A program made the position numbers and the translations under genes. The notes under the pieces were generated by a model. The model ran no database searches. It was not told the DNA's origin and saw only the letters and a program-made list of their open reading frames with translations. Positions 50,247-64,000 of a stretch of 64,000 nucleotides of DNA are shown here, one piece after another. The stretch's first letter is position 1, and each line of letters opens with the position of its first letter. This DNA is from Heterodontus francisci (Eukaryota): the NCBI RefSeq assembly GCF_036365525.1, contig NC_090414.1, positions 18,933,846-18,997,845 of the forward strand, given 5' to 3'.

Positions 50247-53200
50247 GTAGGAGAGCCCGGGGCCTGTGGCAGGCTCGACAGGGCAGTACACTGGGAATAT
50301 ACTATAAATAATCAATGCACTGAGAGACTGGGTTATATACACTGTATAAATAATCAATACACAGAGAGACTGGGTTATATACACTGTATAAATAATCAAT
50401 ACACGGAGAGACTGGGTTATATACACTGTATAAATAATCAATACACAGAGAGACTGGGTTATATACACTGTATAAATAATCAATACACAGAGAGACTGGG
50501 TTATATACACTGTATAAATAATCAATACACTGAGAGACTGGGTTATATACACTGTATAAATAATCAATACACGGAGAGACTGGGTTATATACACTGTATA
50601 AATAATCAATACACAGAGAGACTGGGTTATATACACTGTATAAATAATCAATACACTGAGAGACTGGGTTATATACACTGTATAAATAATCAATACACAG
50701 AGAGACTGGGTTATATACACTGTATAAATAATCAATACACGGAGAGACTGGGTTATATACACTGTATAAATAATCAATACACGGAGAGACTGGGTTATAT
50801 ACACTGTATAAATAATCAATACACGGAGAGACTGGGTTATATACACTGTATAAATAATCAATACACAGAGAGACTGGGTTATATACACTGTATAAATAAT
50901 CAATACACAGAGAGACTGGGTTATATACACTGTATAAATAATCAATACACGGAGAGACTGGGTTATATACACTGTATAAATAATCAATACACGGAGAGAC
51001 TGGGTTATATACACTGTATAAATAATCAATACACGGAGAGACTGGGTTATATACACTGTATAAATAATCAATACACGGAGAGACTGGGTTATATACACTG
51101 TATAAATAATCAATACACGGAGAGACTGGGTTATATACACTGTATAAATAATCAATACACAGAGAGACTGGGTTATATACACTGTATAAATAATCAATAC
51201 ACAGAGAGACTGGGTTATATACACTGTATAAATAATCAATACACAGAGACTGGGTTATATACACTGTATAAATAATCAATACACAGAGAGACTGGGTTAT
51301 ATACACTGTATAAATAATCAATACACAGAGAGACTGGGTTATATACACTGTATAAATAATCAATACACTGAGAGACTGGGTTATATACACTGTATAAATA
51401 ATCAATACACTGAGAGACTGGGTTATATACACTGTATAAATAATCAATACACAGAGAGACTGGGTTATATACACTGTATAAATAATCAATACACAGAGAG
51501 ACTGGGTTATATACACTGTATAAATAATCAATACACTGAGACTGGGTTATATACACTGTATAAATAATCAATACACAGAGAGACTGGGTTATATACACTG
51601 TATAAATAATCAATACACAGAGAGACTGGGTTATATACACTATAAATAATCAATACACAGAGAGACTGGGTTATATACACTGAATAAATAATCAATACAC
51701 TGAGAGACTGGGTTATATACACTGTATAAATAATCAATACACTGAGAGACTGGGTTATTTACACTGTATAAATAATCAATACACTGAGAGACTGGGTTAT
51801 ATACACTGTATAAATAATCAATACACAGAGAGACTGGGTTATATACACTGTATAAATAATCAATACACAGAGACTGGGTTATATACAGTGTATAAATAAT
51901 CAATACACAGAGAGACTGGGTTATATACACTATAAATAATCAATACATAGAGAGACTGGGTTATATACACTGTATAAATAATCAATACACAGAGAGACTG
52001 GGTTATATACACTGTATAAATAATCAGTACACTGAGAGACTGGGTTAGAAACACTATAAAAAATCAGTGCACTGAGAGACTGGGTTATATACACTGTATA
52101 AATAATCAATACACTGAGAGACTGGGTTATATACACTGTATAAATAATCAATACACTGAGAGACTGGGTTATATACACTGTATAAATAATCAATACACAG
52201 AGAGACTGGGTTATATACACTGTATAAATAATCAATACACAGAGAGACTGGGTTATATACACTGTATAAATAATCAATACACAGAGAGACTGGGTTATAT
52301 ACACTGTATAAATAATCAATACACTGAGAGACTGGGTTATATACACTGTATAAATAATCAATACACTGAGACTGGGTTATATACACTGTATAAATAATCA
52401 ATACACAGAGAGACTGGGTTATATCCACTGTATAAATAATCAATACACAGAGAGACTGGGTGATATACACTGAATAAATAATCAATACACTGAGAGACTG
52501 GGTTATATACACTGTATAAATAATCAATACACTGAGAGACTGGGTTATATACACTGTATAAATAATCAATACACTGAGACTGGGTTATATACACTGTATC
52601 AATAATCAATACACTGAGAGACTGGGTTATATACACTGTATAAATAATTAATACACAGAGAGACTGGGTTATATACACTGTATAAATAATCAATACACAG
52701 AGACTGGGTTATATACACTGTATAAATAATCAATACACTGAGACTGGGTTATATTCACTGTATAAATAATCAATACACAGAGAGACTGGGTTATATACAC
52801 TGTATCAATAATCAATACACTGAGACTGGGTTATATACACTGTATAAATAATCAATACACTGAGAGACTGGGTTATATACACTGTATAAATAATCAATAC
52901 ACGGAGAGACTGGGTTATATACACTGTATAAATAATCAATACACTGAGAGACTGGGTTATATACACTGTATAAATAATCAATACACGGAGAGACTGGGTT
53001 ATATACACTGTATCAATAATCAATACACTGAGACTGGGTTATATACACTGTATAAATAATCAATACACTGAGAGACTGGGTTATATACACTGTATAAATA
53101 ATCAATACACAGAGACTGGGTTATATACACTGTATAAATAATCAATACACTGAGACTGGGTTATATTCACTGTATAAATAATCAATACACTGAGAGACTG

Positions 53201-54183
53201 GGTTATATACACTGTATAAATAATCAATACACGGAGAGACTGGGTTATATACACTGTATAAATAATCAATACACAGAGAGACTGGGTTATATACACTGTA
53301 TAAATAATCAATACACTGAGACTGGGTTATATACACTGTCTAAATAATCAATACACAGAGAGACTGGGTTATATACACTGTATAAATAATCAATACACTG
53401 AGAGACTGGGTTATATACACTGTATCAATAATCAATACACTGAGAGACTGGGTTATATACACTGTATCAATAATCAATACACTGAGAGACTGGGTTATAT
53501 ACACTGTATAAATAATCAATACACAGAGAGACTGGGTTATATACACTGTATAAATAATCAATACACTGAGACTGGGTTATATACACTGTATAAATAATCA
53601 ATACACAGAGAGACTGGGTTATATACACTGTATAAATAATCAATACACAGAGAGACTGGGTTATATACACTGTATAAATAATCAATACACAGAGAGACTG
53701 GGTTATATACACTGAATAAATAATCAATACACTGAGAGACTGGGTTATATACACTGTATAAATAATCAATACACTGAGAGACTGGGTTATATACACTGTA
53801 TAAATAATCAATACACAGAGAGACTGGGTTATATACACTGTATAAATAATCAATACACTGAGACTGGGTTATATACACTGTATAAATAATCAATACACAG
53901 AGAGACTGGGTTATATACACTGTATAAATAATCAATACACAGAGAGACTGGGTTATATACACTGTATAAATAATCAATACACAGAGAGACTGGGTTATAT
54001 ACACTGTATAAATAATCAATACACAGAGAGACTGGGTTATATACAGTGTATAAATAATCAATACACAGAGAGACTGGGTTATACACACTATAAATAATCA
54101 ATACACAGAGAGACTGGGTTATATACACTATAAATAATCAATACACAGAGAGACTGGGTTATATACACTGTATAAATAATCAA

Positions 54184-54323
54184 ATTTCTCTGCAGCACCT
54201 GTGGAAGAGCCTGTCACTCCAGAATTGGCCTTCATAGCCACTCCAGGCGCTGCTTCACAAACCACTGACCACCTCCAGGCGCGTATCCATTGTCTCTCGA
54301 GATAAGGAGGCCCAAAAGAAAGA
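54184..54323 (+). mobile_element. 140-bp RTE LINE 3' end inside the array, copy 1
   Basis: Reverse complement of about 24430-24569 with one substitution; flanked by ATAAATAATCAA duplication. Confidence 0.92.
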
Positions 54324-56513
54324 ATAAATAATCAATACACAGAGAGACTGGGTTATATACACTGTATAAATAATCAATACATAGAGAGACTGGGTTATAT
54401 ACACTGTATAAATAATCAATACACTGAGAGACTGGGTTATATACACTGTATAAATAATCAATACACAGAGAGACTGGGTTATATACACTGTATAAATAAT
54501 CATTACACTGAGAGACTGGGTTATATACACTGTATAAATAATCAATACACTGAGAGACTGGGTTATATACACTGAATAAATAATCAATACACTGAGAGAC
54601 TGAATTATATACACTGTATAAATCATCAATACACTGAGAGACTGGGTTATATACACTGTATAAATAATCAATACACAGAGAGACTGGGTTATATTCACTG
54701 TATAAATAATCAATACACAGAGAGACTGGGTTATATACACTGTATAAATAATCATTACACTGAGAGACTGGGTTATATACACTGTATAAATAATCAATAC
54801 ACTGAGAGACTGGGTTATATACACTGAATAAATAATCAATACACTGAGAGACTGGGTTATATTCACTGTATAAATAATCAATACACAGAGAGACTGGGTT
54901 ATATACACTGTATAAATAATCAATACACAGAGAGACTGGGTTATATACACTGAATAAATAATCAATACACTGAGAGACTGGGTTATATACACTGAATAAA
55001 TAATCAATACACTGAGAGACTGGGTTATATACACTGAATAAATAATCAATACACAGAGAGACTGGGTTATATACACTGAATAAATAATCAATACACAGAG
55101 AGACTGGGTTATATACACTGAATAAATAATCAATACACTGAGAGACTGGGTTATATACACTGTATAAATAATCAATACACAGAGAGACTGGGTTATATAC
55201 ACTGAATAAATAATCAATACACAGAGAGACTGGGTTATATACACTGAATCAATAATCAATACACAGAGAGACTGGGTTATATACACTGTATAAATAATCA
55301 ATACACTGAGAGACTGGGTTACATACACTGAATAAATAATCAATACACAGAGAGACTGGGTTATATGCACTGTATAAATAATCAATACACAGAGAGACTG
55401 GGTTATATACACTGTATAAATAATCAATACACAGAGAGACTGGGTTATATGCACTGTATAAATAATCATTACACTGAGAGACTGGGTTATATACACTGTA
55501 TAAATAATCAATACACAGAGAGACTGGGTTATATACACTGTATAAATAATCAATACACAGAGAGACTGGGTTATATACACTGTATAAATAATCAATACAC
55601 AGAGAGACTGGGTAATATACACTGTATAAATAATCAATACACTGAGAGACTGGGTTATATACACTGCATAAATAATCAATACACAGAGAGACTGGGTTAT
55701 ATACACTGTATAAATCATCAATACACGGAGAGACTGGGTTATATACACTGAATAAATAATCAATACGCTGAGAGACTGGGTTATATACACTATAAATAAT
55801 CAATACACAGAGAGACTGGGTTATATACACTGTATAAATAATCAATACACAGAGAGACTGGGTTATATACACTGTATAAATCATCAATACACGGAGAGAC
55901 TGGGTTATATACACTGAATAAATAATCAATACACGGAGAGACTGGGTTATATACACTGTATAAATCATCAATACACGGAGAGACTGGGTTATATACACTG
56001 TATAAATAATCAATACACGGAGAGACTGGGTTATATACACTGAATAAATAATCAATACACGGAGAGACTGGGTTATATACACTGTATAAATCATCAATAC
56101 ACGGAGAGACTGGGTTATATACACTGTATAAATAATCAATACACGGAGAGACTGGGTTATATACACTGTATAAATAATCAATACACTGAGAGACTGGGTT
56201 ATATACACTGTATAAATCATCAATACACGGAGAGACTGGGTTATATACACTGTATAAATAATCAATACACGGAGAGACTGGGTTATATACACTGTATAAA
56301 TAATCAATACACTGAGACTGGGTTATATACACTGTATAAATAATCAATACACAGAGAGACTGGGTTATATACACTGAATAAATAATCAATACACTGAGAG
56401 ACTGGGTTATATACACTTCATAAATAATCAATACACTGAGACTGGGTTATATACACTGTATAAATAATCAATACACAGAGAGACTGGGTTATATACACTG
56501 TATAAATAATCAA

Positions 56514-56653
56514 ATTTCTCTGCAGCACCTGTGGAAGAGCCTGTCACTCCAGAATTGGCCTTCATAGCCACTCCAGGCGCTGCTTCACAAACCACTGACC
56601 ACCTCCAGGCGCGTATCCATTGTCTCTCGAGATAAGGAGGCCCAAAAGAAAGA
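56514..56653 (+). mobile_element. RTE 3'-end insert, copy 2
   Basis: Same sequence and junctions as copy 1. Confidence 0.92.
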
Positions 56654-57867
56654 ATAAATAATCAATACACAGAGAGACTGGGTTATATACACTGAATAAA
56701 TAATCAATACACAGAGAGACTGGGTTATATACACTGTATAAATAATCAATACACTGAGACTGGGTTATATACACTGTATAAATAATCAATACACAGAGAG
56801 ACTGGGTTATATACACTGTATAAATAATCAATACACTGAGAGACTGGGTTATATACACTGCATAAATAATCAATACACTGAGACTGGGTTATATACACTG
56901 AATAAATAATCAATACACAGAGAGACTGGGTTATATACACTATAAATCATCAATACACGGAGAGACTGGGTTATATACACTGAATAAATAATCAATACAC
57001 TGAGAGACTGGGTTATATACACTATAAATAATCAATACACAGAGAGACTGGGTTATATACACTGTATAAATAATCAATACACAGAGAGACTGGGTTATAT
57101 ACACTGTATAAATCATCAATACACGGAGAGACTGGGTTATATACACTGAATAAATAATCAATACACTGAGAGACTGGGTTATATACACTATAAATAATCA
57201 ATACACAGAGAGACTGGGTTATATACACTGTATAAATCATCAATACACGGAGAGACTGGGTTATATACACTGAATAAATAATCAATACACTGAGAGACTG
57301 GGTTATATACACTATAAATAATCAATACACAGAGAGACTGGGTTATATACACTGTATAAATAATCAATACACAGAGAGACTGGGTTATATACACTGTATA
57401 AATAATCAATACACAGAGAGACTGGGTTATATACACTGTATAAATAATCAATACACAGAGAGACTGGGTTATCTACACTGTATAAATAATCAATACACTG
57501 AGAGACTGGGTTATATACACTGTATAAATAATCAATACACTGAGAGACTGGGTTATATACACTGCATAAATAATCAATACACTGAGACTGGGTTATATAC
57601 ACTGTATAAATAATCAATACACGGAGAGACTGGGTTATATACACTGTATAAATAATCAATACACGGAGAGCCTGGGTTATATACACTGTATAAATAATCA
57701 ATACACTGAGAGACTGGGTTATATACACTGCATAAATAATCAATACACTGAGACTGGGTTATATACACTGTATAAATAATCAATACACAGAGAGACTGGG
57801 TTATATACACTGAATAAATAATCAATACACAGAGAGACTGGGTTATATACACTGTATAAATAATCAA

Positions 57868-58007
57868 ATTTCTCTGCAGCACCTGTGGAAGAGCCTGTCA
57901 CTCCAGAATTGGCCTTCATAGCCACTCCAGGCGCTGCTTCACAAACCACTGACCACCTCCAGGCGCGTATCCATTGTCTCTCGAGATAAGGAGGCCCAAA
58001 AGAAAGA
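57868..58007 (+). mobile_element. RTE 3'-end insert, copy 3
   Basis: Same sequence and junctions as copy 1. Confidence 0.92.
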
Positions 58008-58601
58008 ATAAATAATCAATACACAGAGAGACTGGGTTATATACACTGTATAAATAATCAATACACAGAGAGACTGGGTTATATACACTGTATAAATAAT
58101 CAATACACAGAGAGACTGGGTTATATACACTGTATAAATAATCAATACACAGAGAGACTGGGTTATATACACTGTATAAATAATCAATACACTGAGAGAC
58201 TGGGTTATATACACTGCATAAATAATCAATACACTGAGACTGGGTTATATACACTGTATAAATAATCAATACACGGAGAGACTGGGTTATATACACTGTA
58301 TAAATAATCAATACACGGAGAGACTGGGTTATATACACTGTATAAATAATCAATACACTGAGACTGGGTTATATACACTGTATAAATAATCAATACACAG
58401 AGAGACTGGGTTATATACACTGAATAAATAATCAATACACTGAGAGACTGGGTTATATACACTGCATAAATAATCAATACACTGAGACTGGGTTATATGC
58501 ACTGTATAAATAATCAATACACAGAGAGACTGGGTTATATACACTGAATAAATAATCAATACACAGAGAGACTGGGTTATATACACTGTATAAATAATCA
58601 A

Positions 58602-58741
58602 ATTTCTCTGCAGCACCTGTGGAAGAGCCTGTCACTCCAGAATTGGCCTTCATAGCCACTCCAGGCGCTGCTTCACAAACCACTGACCACCTCCAGGCGC
58701 GTATCCATTGTCTCTCGAGATAAGGAGGCCCAAAAGAAAGA
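58602..58741 (+). mobile_element. RTE 3'-end insert, copy 4
   Basis: Same sequence and junctions as copy 1. Confidence 0.92.
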
Positions 58742-61437
58742 ATAAATAATCAATACACAGAGAGACTGGGTTATATACACTGTATAAATAATCAATACAT
58801 AGAGAGACTGGGTTATATACACTGAATAAATAATCAATACACTGAGAGACTGGGTTATATACACTGTATAAATAATCAATACACAGAGAGACTGGGTTAT
58901 ATACACTGTATAAATAATCATTACACTGAGAGACTGGGTTATATACACTGTATAAATAATCAATACACTGAGAGACTGGGTTATATACACTGAATAAATA
59001 ATCAATACACTGAGAGACTGGGTTATATACACTGAATAAATAATCAATACACAGAGAGACTGGGTTATACACACTGAATAAATAATCAATACACAGAGAG
59101 ACTGGGTTATATACACTGAATAAATAATCAATACACTGAGAGACTGGGTTATATACACTGAATAAATAATCAATACACTGAGAGACTGGGTTATATACAC
59201 TGAATAAATAATCAATACACTGAGAGACTGGGTTATATAAACTGAATAAATAATCAATACACTGAGAGACTGGGTTATATACACTGAATAAATAATCAAT
59301 ACACTGAGAGACTGGGTTATATACACTGATTAAATAATCAATACACAGAGAGACTGGGTTATATACACTGAATAAATAATCAATACACAGAGAGACTGGG
59401 TTATATACACTGAATAAATAATCAATACACTGAGAGACTGGGTTATATACACTGTATAAATAATCAATACACAGAGAGACTGGGTTATATACACTGAATA
59501 AATAATCAATACACAGAGAGACTGGGTTATATACACTGAATAAATAATCAATACACAGAGAGACTGGGTTATATACACTGTATAAATAATCAATACACTG
59601 AGAGACTGGGTTACATACACTGAATAAATAATCAATACACAGAGAGACTGGGTTATATGCACTGTATAAATAATCAATACACAGAGAGACTGGGTTATAT
59701 ACACTGTATAAATAATCAATACACAGAGAGACTGGGTTATATGCACTGTATAAATAATCATTACACTGAGAGACAGGGTTATATACACTGTATAAATAAT
59801 CAATACACAGAGAGACTGGGTTATATACACTGTATAAATAATCAATACACAGAGAGACTGGGTTATATACACTGCATAAATAATCAATACACAGAGAGAC
59901 TGGGTTATATACACTGAATAAATAATCAATACACGGAGAGACTGGGTTATATACACTGAATAAATAATCAATACACGGAGAGACTGGGTTATATACACTG
60001 TATAAATAATCAATACACAGAGAGACTGGGTTATATACACTGTATAAATAATCAATACACAGAGACTGGGTTATATACACTGTATAAATAATCAATACAC
60101 GGAGAGACTGGGTTATATACACTGAAAAAATAATCAATACACGGAGAGACTGGGTTATATACACTGAATAAATAATCAATACACTGAGAGACTGGGTTAT
60201 ATACACTGAATAAATAATCAATACACAGAGAGACTGGGTTATATACACTGTATAAATAATCATTACACTGAGAGACTGGGTTATATACACTGTATAAATA
60301 ATCATTACACTGAGAGACTGGGTTATATACACTGTATAAATAATCAATACACTGAGAGACTGGGTTCTATACACTGTATAAATAATCAATACACTGAGAG
60401 ACTGGGTTCTATACACTGTATAAATAATCAATACACTGAGAGACTGGGTTATATACACTGTATAAATAATCAATACACAGAGAGACTGGGTTATATACAC
60501 TGTATAAATAATCATTACACTGAGAGACTGGGTTGTATACACTGTATAAATAATCATTACACAGAGAGACTGGGTTATATACACTGTATAAATAATCAAT
60601 ACACAGAGAGACTGGGTTATATACACTGTATAAATAATCAATACACTGAGAGACTGGGTTATATACACTGTATAAATAATCATTACACTGAGAGACTGGG
60701 TTATATACACTGTATAAATAATCAATACACTGAGAGACTGGGTTATATACACTGTATAAATAATCAATACACAGAGAGACTGGGTTATATACACTGTATA
60801 AATAATCAATACACAGAGAGACTGGGTTATATACACTGTATAAATAATCAATACACTGAGAGACTGGGTTATATACACTGTATAAATAATCAATACACTG
60901 AGAGACTGGGTTATATACACTGAATAAATAATCAATACACAGAGAGACTGGGTTATATACACTGAATAAATAATCAATACACAGAGAGACTGGGTTATAT
61001 ACACTGAATAAATAATCAATACACAGAGAGACTGGGTTATATACACTGAATAAATAATCAATACACAGAGAGACTGGGTTATATACACTGAATAAATAAT
61101 CAATACACAGAGAGACTGGGTTATATACACTGAATAAATAATCAATACACAGAGAGACTGGGTTATATACACTGAATAAATAATCAATACACAGAGAGAC
61201 TGGGTTATATACACTGAATAAATAATCAATACACAGAGAGACTGGGTTATATACACTGAATAAATAATCAATACACAGAGAGACTGGGTTATATACACTG
61301 AATAAATAATCAATACACTGAGAGACTGGGATATATACACTGCATAAATAATCAATACACTGAGACTGGGTTATATACACTGAATAAATAATCAATACAC
61401 AGAGAGACTGGGTTATATACACTGTATAAATAATCAA

Positions 61438-61577
61438 ATTTCTCTGCAGCACCTGTGGAAGAGCCTGTCACTCCAGAATTGGCCTTCATAGCCACTCCAG
61501 GCGCTGCTTCACAAACCACTGACCACCTCCAGGCGCGTATCCATTGTCTCTCGAGATAAGGAGGCCCAAAAGAAAGA
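61438..61577 (+). mobile_element. RTE 3'-end insert, copy 5
   Basis: Same sequence and junctions as copy 1. Confidence 0.92.
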
Positions 61578-63255
61578 ATAAATAATCAATACACAGAGAG
61601 ACTGGGTTATATACACTGTATAAATAATCAATACATAGAGAGACTGGGTTATATACACTGTATAAATAATCAATACACAGAGAGACTGGGTTATATACAC
61701 TGTATAAATAATCATTACACTGAGAGACTGGGTTATATACACTGTATAAATAATCAATACACTGAGAGACTGGGTTATATACACTGAATAAATAATCAAT
61801 ACACTGAGAGACTGGGTTATATACACTGTATAAATAATCAATACACAGAGAGACTGGGTTATATACACTATAAATAATCAATACACAGAGAGACTGGGTT
61901 ATATACACTGAATAAATAATCAATACACTGAGAGACTGGGTTATATACACTGAATAAATAATCAATACACTGAGAGACTGGGTTATATACACTGAATAAA
62001 TAATCAATACACAGAGAGACTGGGTTATATACACTGAATAAATAATCAATACACAGAGAGACTGGGTTATATACACTGAATAAATAATCAATACACTGAG
62101 AGACTGGGTTATATACACTGTATAAATAATCAATACACAGAGAGACTGGGTTATATACACTGAATAAATAATCAATACACAGAGAGACTGGGTTATATAC
62201 ACTGAATAAATAATCAATACACAGAGAGACTGGGTTATATACACTGTATAAATAATCAATACACTGAGAGACTGGGTTATATACACTGCATAAATAATCA
62301 ATACACTGAGACTGGGTTATATACACTGAATAAATAATCAATACACAGAGAGACTGGGTTATATACACTGTATAAATCATCAATACACGGAGAGACTGGG
62401 TTATATACACTGAATAAATAATCAATACACTGAGAGACTGGGTTATATACACTATAAATAATCAATACACAGAGAGACTGGGTTATATACACTGTATAAA
62501 TAATCAATACACAGAGAGACTGGGTTATATACACTGTATAAATCATCAATACACGGAGAGACTGGGTTATATACACTGAATAAATAATCAATACACTGAG
62601 AGACTGGGTTATATACACTATAAATAATCAATACACAGAGAGACTGGGTTATATACACTGTATAAATCATCAATACACGGAGAGACTGGGTTATATACAC
62701 TGAATAAATAATCAATACACTGAGAGACTGGGTTATATACACTATAAATAATCAATACACAGAGAGACTGGGTTATATACACTGTATAAATAATCAATAC
62801 ACAGAGAGACTGGGTTATATACACTGTATAAATAATCAATACACAGAGAGACTGGGTTATATACACTGTATAAATAATCAATACACTGAGAGACTGGGTT
62901 ATATACACTGTATAAATAATCAATACACTGAGAGACTGGGTTATATACACTGCATAAATAATCAATACACTGAGACTGGGTTATATACACTGTATAAATA
63001 ATCAATACACGGAGAGACTGGGTTATATACACTGTATAAATAATCAATACACGGAGAGACTGGGTTATATACACTGTATAAATAATCAATACACTGAGAG
63101 ACTGGGTTATATACACTGCATAAATAATCAATACACTGAGACTGGGTTATATACACTGTATAAATAATCAATACACAGAGAGACTGGGTTATATACACTG
63201 AATAAATAATCAATACACAGAGAGACTGGGTTATATACACTGTATAAATAATCAA

Positions 63256-63395
63256 ATTTCTCTGCAGCACCTGTGGAAGAGCCTGTCACTCCAGAATTGG
63301 CCTTCATAGCCACTCCAGGCGCTGCTTCACAAACCACTGACCACCTCCAGGCGCGTATCCATTGTCTCTCGAGATAAGGAGGCCCAAAAGAAAGA
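63256..63395 (+). mobile_element. RTE 3'-end insert, copy 6 (a 7th copy begins at 63990)
   Basis: Same sequence and junctions as copy 1. Confidence 0.92.
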
Positions 63396-64000
63396 ATAAA
63401 TAATCAATACACAGAGAGACTGGGTTATATACACTGTATAAATAATCAATACACAGAGAGACTGGGTTATATACACTGTATAAATAATCAATACACAGAG
63501 AGACTGGGTTATATACACTGTATAAATAATCAATACACAGAGAGACTGGGTTATATACACTGTATAAATAATCAATACACTGAGAGACTGGGTTATATAC
63601 ACTGCATAAATAATCAATACACTGAGACTGGGTTATATACACTGTATAAATAATCAATACACGGAGAGACTGGGTTATATACACTGTATAAATAATCAAT
63701 ACACGGAGAGACTGGGTTATATACACTGTATAAATAATCAATACACTGAGACTGGGTTATATACACTGTATAAATAATCAATACACAGAGAGACTGGGTT
63801 ATATACACTGAATAAATAATCAATACACTGAGAGACTGGGTTATATACACTGCATAAATAATCAATACACTGAGACTGGGTTATATGCACTGTATAAATA
63901 ATCAATACACAGAGAGACTGGGTTATATACACTGAATAAATAATCAATACACAGAGAGACTGGGTTATATACACTGTATAAATAATCAAATTTCTCTGCA

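Larger units (their letters stand above)
50303..64000 (+). repeat. 42-bp tandem array (TATAAATAATCAATACACAGAGAGACTGGGTTATATACACTG) in the ZFPL1 intron, continuing past the window end
   Basis: Roughly 300 units with point variants and 40-bp deletion variants; produces 14-aa periodic ORFs. Confidence 0.98.

Noticed and set aside
49911-63989. Long repetitive ORFs (up to 901 aa) on both strands
   Set aside because: They follow from a 42-bp (3n) unit lacking stops in some frames and shift frame at 40-bp variants.
50303-64000. CRISPR-like repeat/spacer array
   Set aside because: Units are contiguous without unique spacers, the inserts are identical RTE tails, there are no cas genes and the context is vertebrate.

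Overview
Vertebrate nuclear DNA, very likely from a cartilaginous fish (shark), inferred from the CR1/HER1-type LINEs, HE1/V-SINE-type and Deu-domain SINEs and Penelope remnants. Three protein-coding genes were assembled by hand from GT-AG exons. (1) A minus-strand TJAP1/BEGAIN-family coiled-coil gene: six coding exons, 22907 to 8437, about 1011 aa, with an unusually long first exon and apparently lacking one conserved exon. (2) A complete minus-strand CDCA5/sororin: six exons, 46639 to 37360, about 284 aa, with KEN box, FGF motif and C-terminal sororin domain, and a CHR plus multi-CCAAT promoter. (3) The first coding exon of ZFPL1 on the plus strand, divergent from CDCA5 as in human. The ZFPL1 intron is filled by a >13.7 kb array of a 42-bp unit. 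A 140-bp RTE retrotransposon 3' end with its target-site duplication inserted once into this array and was then co-amplified to at least 7 copies, including an exact 5388-bp higher-order period. Other notable structures are a 49-bp minisatellite derived from a CR1 ORF2 end, a CCAAT-bearing G-rich minisatellite in CDCA5 intron 1, a probable solo LTR, nested insertions with TSDs and Penelope minimal hammerhead relics. Most long ORFs in the track are repeat or transposon artefacts. Repeat boundaries were estimated by eye.
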